The notes under the pieces: generated by a model
What the model was told of the DNA's origin: nothing
Database searches by the model: none
What the model saw: the letters and a program-made list of their open reading frames with translations, nothing else
Shown: positions 59,001 to 64,000 of the stretch, one piece after another
Numbering within the stretch: the first letter of the stretch is position 1
Layout of the letters: each line of letters begins with the position of its first letter
Assembly: GCA_010909165.1 (NCBI GenBank)
Contig: MU008168.1
Span: 1 to 64,000 of the forward strand
Direction of reading: 5' to 3'
Origin: Anthoceros angustus
Taxonomy: Eukaryota > Plantae > Anthocerotophyta
Length of the DNA stretch: 64,000 nt
Translations under genes and position numbers: made by a program

Positions 59001-62000
59001 TCAGACTTTGTGACTCTTGAGGGACATCTTATCCCCAGCCAGAAACGTGTGCACGACCCCGACCATGTCTGTCCACCAGCTCTCACCTGGCACCTTCCAT
59101 GCCCTCATTCGTACTCTCCTCGCCTGCAACTCCTTCGCCTGCTCCCACATCTGGGCACTGGTGTAAATGTTCGACATCAGCACATATGCTGCAGCATCTT
59201 TCTTGTCCAGCTTCACTGCTTCACAAAAAGCATGACGGCCCGTCTCTACGTTGCTCCACTTCTGACAAGAACCCAGCAGAGTGTGCCAAACTGCAGCATT
59301 AGGCGGCATAGGCATTGTCTTCACCAGAACTAGTGCTTCATCCAGTCGGCCTGCACGGCCCAGGATATCGACCAGGCATGTATAGTGCTCTACCGTGGGA
59401 GTAATGCCATGGTGTGTGCTCATGGCCTCGAAGTACTCTTTCCCTTCGTCCACTAAACCCGCATGACTGCATGCTGTTAGTACACTGAGGGATGTGATGC
59501 CAACCGGCTCTATTCCATCCTCTCTCATTCTCTGGACCAAGCCAAAAACCACGTCACTGTCTCCATTACAGGCATAGCCTGCAATCAGTGCACTCCATGC
59601 CACAACGTCTCTTCTGGGCAATGCATCAAACACCTGCTGTGCATCAATCATGCTCCCTGACTTTCCATACATGTTTATCAAACTTCCAGCTACGAACAAA
59701 TCAGTTTCAAGTCCTTGTTCTGCAAGTTGTGCATGTAGCTGTCTTCCGAGATGTATAGCTGCCACATTTGCACATGCCTGCAGGAGGCACACAAATGTAA
59801 CAGAGTCCGGTATGGTCAAGCCGGCTTCTTCCATGGCACCGTAGAGACGAAGGGCTACCTGGCCCATGCCCTGCTGGGAATACCCTGCTATCATGGCAGT
59901 CCACATTACCACATCTTTGTTTCCATGTCTGTCAAACACTTCTCGAGCATCTTCCAAACTGCCGCACTTTGAATACATGTTTACCAAACTGCTCGCTATA
60001 AACACATCTTTGTCATGTCCTTGCTCTCTGATCTGGATATGCAGCTGCCTCCCCTTATCCAAAGCTGGGGGACCCAGTGTTGCACATGCTTGCAGGAAGG
60101 ACGCAAATGTTACCACATCGGGTACAACCCTGCTTTCTTGCATTGCAGTGCAAAGACCAAGGGCTTCCTTGCCCATGCCCTGCTGAGCATATCCTGCTAT
60201 CAGAGCATTCCACATCGTCACGTCATTTTGACCGAGTCCCTCAAATACTCTCTGAGCATCCCCTACGCTACCACACTTTGCATACATGTTTACCAAACTG
60301 CAGGACAAAAATACATCAGGTTGGTGTCCTAGTTCTCCTATTTGTGCATGGAGCTGCCTACCAACCTCCAAAGCTGGGGTGCCAATGCTTGCACATGCCT
60401 GCAAGAGGCATACAAATGTGACGGAATTGGCCACAGTGATGCCTTCTTCTTGCATAACACTGTAAAGACGAAGAGCTTCTTGGCCCATACCCTGCTGGGA
60501 ATACCCAGCTATCATCGCATTCCAAGTCACCACATCTTTTTCACCAGCTCCATCAAACACCCTTTGGGCATCCTCGAGGCTGCCACACTTTGCGTACATA
60601 TTTACCAAACTGTTAGCTACAAATGCATTACCTTGCTGTCCTCGTTCTGAGATTTGCACATGAAGCTGCTTCCCTTTCTCCAAGGCTGGGGCCCCTATAC
60701 TTGCACAAGCCTGAAGGAGGGACACCCAAGTAATGGAATTTGGTACAGCGATGCCTTCTTCTTGCATCACACTGTACAGATGAAGGGCTTCCTGGCCCAT
60801 GCCCTGTTGCAAATACCCTCTGATCATGATATTCCAGGTCACTACATCCTTTTGACAAATTCCATCAAACACACACTGAGCATTATCTAGGCTGCTACAC
60901 TTTGCATACATGTTTACCAGACTGCTGGCTATGCGCACATCACCTTGATGGCCTTGTTCTCTAACTTGAGCATGAAGCTGTTTGCCAATGTCTAATGCTG
61001 GGGCCCCCACACTCGCACATGCTTGGAGGAGGCAGACAAATGTTATGGAGTTTGGAATAGCTATGCCTTCTCCTCGCATGACGCTGTAAATATGAAGGGC
61101 CTTCTGGCCCATCCCCTGCTGGGCATACGCAGCAATTAGAGCAGTCCATGTCACAACATCTTTCTGATCAAGCCCGTCAAACACTCTTTGAGCGTCTTCC
61201 AAGCTGTCACACTTTGCATACATGTCCACCAAACTGCTGGCGACCACTATCTCCGCGTGATGTCCTTGTTCTCTGATTTGAATATGAAGCTGCCTCCCCT
61301 TGTCCAATGCAGAATTGCCCACACTAGCACATGCCTGCAAGAGGCATACAAATGTCAGTGTATTTGGCACAGCCATGCCTTCCTCTTGCATCTCATCATA
61401 GAGACGCAGTGCTTTCTGGCCCATGCCCTGCTGGGAGTACCCCGCAATTAGGGTAGTCCAAGTTACCACATCTTTTCGAGGGAGTTCGTCAAACAATCTC
61501 TGAGCATCTTCCAAGCTGCCACACTTGGCATACATGTTTACCAAGCTGCTGGCTACAAACACCTCATTTTGATATCCTCCTTCTTTTATCTGTGAATGGA
61601 GCTGCTTCCCAGTTTCAAAGGCCAGGTTGCCAATCGTTGCACACGCCTGCAGGAGGCACACCAGTGTCACGGAATTGGGTACAGCAATGCCTTCCTGTTG
61701 CATTGCACTGTAGAGACGGAGGGCTTCCTGCCCCAAGCCCTGCTGGGAACATCCTGCTATCATGGCATTCCATGTCACCACATCTTTTCGACCAAGACTA
61801 TCAAACACTGTTCGAGCATCTTCCAAGCTGCCACACTTTGCATACATATTTACTAAACTGTTGGCTACACGTACATCAGTTTGGTATCCTTGTTCTCTAA
61901 TTTGTGCATGAAGCTGCTTCCCTTCCCCCAACGCTGGCATGCCCATATTTGCACATGCCTGGAGGAGGCACACAAATGTCACAGAATCGGGTACAGCCAT

Positions 62001-63422
62001 GCCTTGCTGTTGCATAATCCTGTAGAAATGAATTGCTTGCTGTCCCATGCCCTGCTGAGAATACCCTGCAATCAAAGCAGTCCATGTTACCACATCTTTT
62101 TGATAGAGTCCATCGAACACTATCTGAGCATCTTCCAAGCTGCCACACTTCACATACATGTTCACCAAACTGTTGGCTACGAACACATCATTGTGATGCC
62201 CATGCTTCCTTATCTGTGCATGAAGCTGCTTCCCCTTGTTCAACGCCGTGGTACCCACAGTAGCACATGCGTGCAGGAGGCACACAAATGTCACGGAATT
62301 GGGTGCAACTGTACTTTCATGTTGCATAATCCTGTAGAGACGAAGGGCTTCCTGTCCCATGCCCTGCTGAGAATATCCTGCTATCAAGGCATTCCACGTG
62401 ACAACATCCTTTCCAACCAGCCCATTGAACACACCCTGCGCTTTCTCCAAGCTGCCACACTTTGCATACATGTCCACCAAGCCACTGCAAACGAACAAAT
62501 CAGGATTAACGCCACTGGCCAACACATCAGCGTGTACCTGCAGGCCAGCTTCCAAATCTGATCCCCGAGCACACGCCTGCAGGGCCGCCACAAATACATG
62601 GCCATCTGGCTTCACAGTTGACCTGCGCATCCGGTGATACAGTTGCATGGCTTGCTTATCACTTCCGTGCTTAACATGCGCAGAGATTATGGAAGACCAC
62701 ATAAAGACATCCGGTTGGTCAACCATGGTGAAAACATCCATCGCCTCTTGCAGGCTGCCGTGAGAGGCATACGTTCGCAGAATGTGGTTGCAAAGGAACG
62801 TGTCCGACAGGTACCCCATTTTCACCGTAATTGCGTGGATTCGGCGACCCAGTACAAGATCTTTCGTGACAGCACACTTCCTGAGCACATTAAACACGAG
62901 AGATTTGGGAATACAACTCTCTGTCCGCACCAGAACTCCCAAAGCTTCAACAGCCTCAGTGACAGAGCCCTCATCGCACAGCTTGCTCACGGTTTCAGTC
63001 GTTACGCAGCTTTGGTATCCTGCAGGCCTGCACGAGTCAGGATCACTCTGCAAGCTCCAGTAGGATTTCCGGGTACGACGCCCCATCTCCTCCGTCTGCG
63101 GCTCAGCAAGCTGCGCATTCACCCAAGCTGGCATCTTGTTCAGTAGGATGCCGTCGCAGGACTTCCGCAAACGGTCGTGCTTCGTGTCTAGCAAGTTATC
63201 CCACCCAAGTGGGCGGTGCCGAGAGCATTGTCGCCACAAGAGCGCTAGCCGCCGACTCTCGCTGGGAGACCTGGCTCCAGCCAGACATCCAATTGTATCC
63301 CCTGTCTTTCTTGCAGAAGTCCTGCACCTCGCGGCTTGGTTGTTGGCCAGCAGTTGGTTCCTCGCGGTCAGGTGGGCGGGAACTCTTCCCAAAATACCAG
63401 TTGACACGCTCCAGACCGACAT
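59001..63422 (-). CDS. PPR-5: PLS-class PPR, 1473 aa, ~35 PPR motifs plus E1/E2 and PG(WW) box, no DYW
   Basis: Single ORF; ends AWKVPGESWWTDMVGVVHTFLAGDKMSLKSHKV*. Confidence 0.94.
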   Translation of the reverse strand: MSVWSVSTGILGRVPAHLTARNQLLANNQAARCRTSARKTGDTIGCLAGARSPSESRRLALLWRQCSRHRPLGWDNLLDTKHDRLRKSCDGILLNKMPAWVNAQLAEPQTEEMGRRTRKSYWSLQSDPDSCRPAGYQSCVTTETVSKLCDEGSVTEAVEALGVLVRTESCIPKSLVFNVLRKCAVTKDLVLGRRIHAITVKMGYLSDTFLCNHILRTYASHGSLQEAMDVFTMVDQPDVFMWSSIISAHVKHGSDKQAMQLYHRMRRSTVKPDGHVFVAALQACARGSDLEAGLQVHADVLASGVNPDLFVCSGLVDMYAKCGSLEKAQGVFNGLVGKDVVTWNALIAGYSQQGMGQEALRLYRIMQHESTVAPNSVTFVCLLHACATVGTTALNKGKQLHAQIRKHGHHNDVFVANSLVNMYVKCGSLEDAQIVFDGLYQKDVVTWTALIAGYSQQGMGQQAIHFYRIMQQQGMAVPDSVTFVCLLQACANMGMPALGEGKQLHAQIREQGYQTDVRVANSLVNMYAKCGSLEDARTVFDSLGRKDVVTWNAMIAGCSQQGLGQEALRLYSAMQQEGIAVPNSVTLVCLLQACATIGNLAFETGKQLHSQIKEGGYQNEVFVASSLVNMYAKCGSLEDAQRLFDELPRKDVVTWTTLIAGYSQQGMGQKALRLYDEMQEEGMAVPNTLTFVCLLQACASVGNSALDKGRQLHIQIREQGHHAEIVVASSLVDMYAKCDSLEDAQRVFDGLDQKDVVTWTALIAAYAQQGMGQKALHIYSVMRGEGIAIPNSITFVCLLQACASVGAPALDIGKQLHAQVREQGHQGDVRIASSLVNMYAKCSSLDNAQCVFDGICQKDVVTWNIMIRGYLQQGMGQEALHLYSVMQEEGIAVPNSITWVSLLQACASIGAPALEKGKQLHVQISERGQQGNAFVANSLVNMYAKCGSLEDAQRVFDGAGEKDVVTWNAMIAGYSQQGMGQEALRLYSVMQEEGITVANSVTFVCLLQACASIGTPALEVGRQLHAQIGELGHQPDVFLSCSLVNMYAKCGSVGDAQRVFEGLGQNDVTMWNALIAGYAQQGMGKEALGLCTAMQESRVVPDVVTFASFLQACATLGPPALDKGRQLHIQIREQGHDKDVFIASSLVNMYSKCGSLEDAREVFDRHGNKDVVMWTAMIAGYSQQGMGQVALRLYGAMEEAGLTIPDSVTFVCLLQACANVAAIHLGRQLHAQLAEQGLETDLFVAGSLINMYGKSGSMIDAQQVFDALPRRDVVAWSALIAGYACNGDSDVVFGLVQRMREDGIEPVGITSLSVLTACSHAGLVDEGKEYFEAMSTHHGITPTVEHYTCLVDILGRAGRLDEALVLVKTMPMPPNAAVWHTLLGSCQKWSNVETGRHAFCEAVKLDKKDAAAYVLMSNIYTSAQMWEQAKELQARRVRMRAWKVPGESWWTDMVGVVHTFLAGDKMSLKSHKV

Positions 63423-63539
63423 GACCTTGTGCCCCTTGCATGATTCAACACAGCCTACCGAACATCACAGCTGCTCAGGATTGCTGTCGAATGGGCCTGA
63501 GCTCAGGAGCCAAAGATAAAAGTGGGCAGCAGCTCGCGG

Positions 63540-64000
63540 GCTGAAAAACTTTAATGCCACTATACTACATGGTCGTTATACACCAACATATCCCACGCAG
63601 TGCCAGCGTCACAGCATGGCGCTTCCTGGCCCATGCCCTGCTGGGAATACCCTGCTATCATGGCATTCCATGTTACCACATCTTTATGTGCAAGCCCGTC
63701 CACTACTCTCCGGGCATCCAACATGGTGCCACACCTTGCGTGCATGTTTACCAAACTGCTGGCTACAAAGATGTCAGCTAGATGTTCTCCTTCCCTAACT
63801 TAAGCGTGGAGCCCATCCCCATATCCAAAGCTGGGGCGCCCAGACCTGCACACACCTGCATGAGGCATACGATTGTCGCAGAATTGAAGTACAGCAATGC
63901 CTTCTCCCTGCATGTCACTATAAAGTTGAAGGCTTTCTGGCACTTGCCGTGCTGACCGTAGACAGCTATCATAATATGGCAGGTCACCACATCTTGTAGC
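63540..64000 (-). pseudogene. Degenerate PPR fragment continuing beyond the window
   Basis: VNMHARCG..KDVVTWNAMIAGYSQQGMGQEA then abrupt loss of frame; frameshifted P/L motifs at 63778-63990. Confidence 0.8.

Noticed and set aside
34761-63146. Many His/Cys-rich antisense ORFs opposite the PPR genes
   Set aside because: Shadow frames of the repetitive PPR coding strand, recurring with the 312-nt period.
34257-63422. U-to-C (DYW:KP-type) editing factors
   Set aside because: All C-termini have the PG/WW-type box, not the KP-type signature, and none has an intact deaminase.

Overview
Eukaryotic land-plant nuclear DNA. The short ~85-150 bp GT-AG introns, compact genes and PLS-class PPR proteins with a 'WW'-type PG box suggest a non-seed plant, most likely a hornwort (inference). 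The window has three zones. (1) 1-~18 kb is a nested transposon graveyard: a minus-strand LINE split by a complete non-autonomous CACTA element (3-bp TSD) and by a degenerate DIRS/Ngaro-like element plus a tandem LTR-like array, followed by Copia, CACTA and other remnants. (2) 18.3-31.9 kb holds compact ordinary genes: eIF5A, a remorin with a GC-AG intron, HVA22-like, a large low-complexity protein with a conserved helical motif, an intronless Myb/SANT-like ORF and the chloroplast J-protein J8. (3) 34-64 kb is a cluster of five very long intronless PLS-E-type PPR RNA-editing-factor genes plus three PPR pseudogene fragments, with one 4CL-like peroxisomal adenylate-forming gene embedded whose catalytic motifs are degenerate. 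All five PPRs end at or shortly after the PG/WW box, each at a different point, and decayed DYW-deaminase relics can still be read downstream of several. Several tandem duplications carry mostly homopolymer deletions in one copy and may be long-read assembly artefacts; two of them split PPR ORFs.
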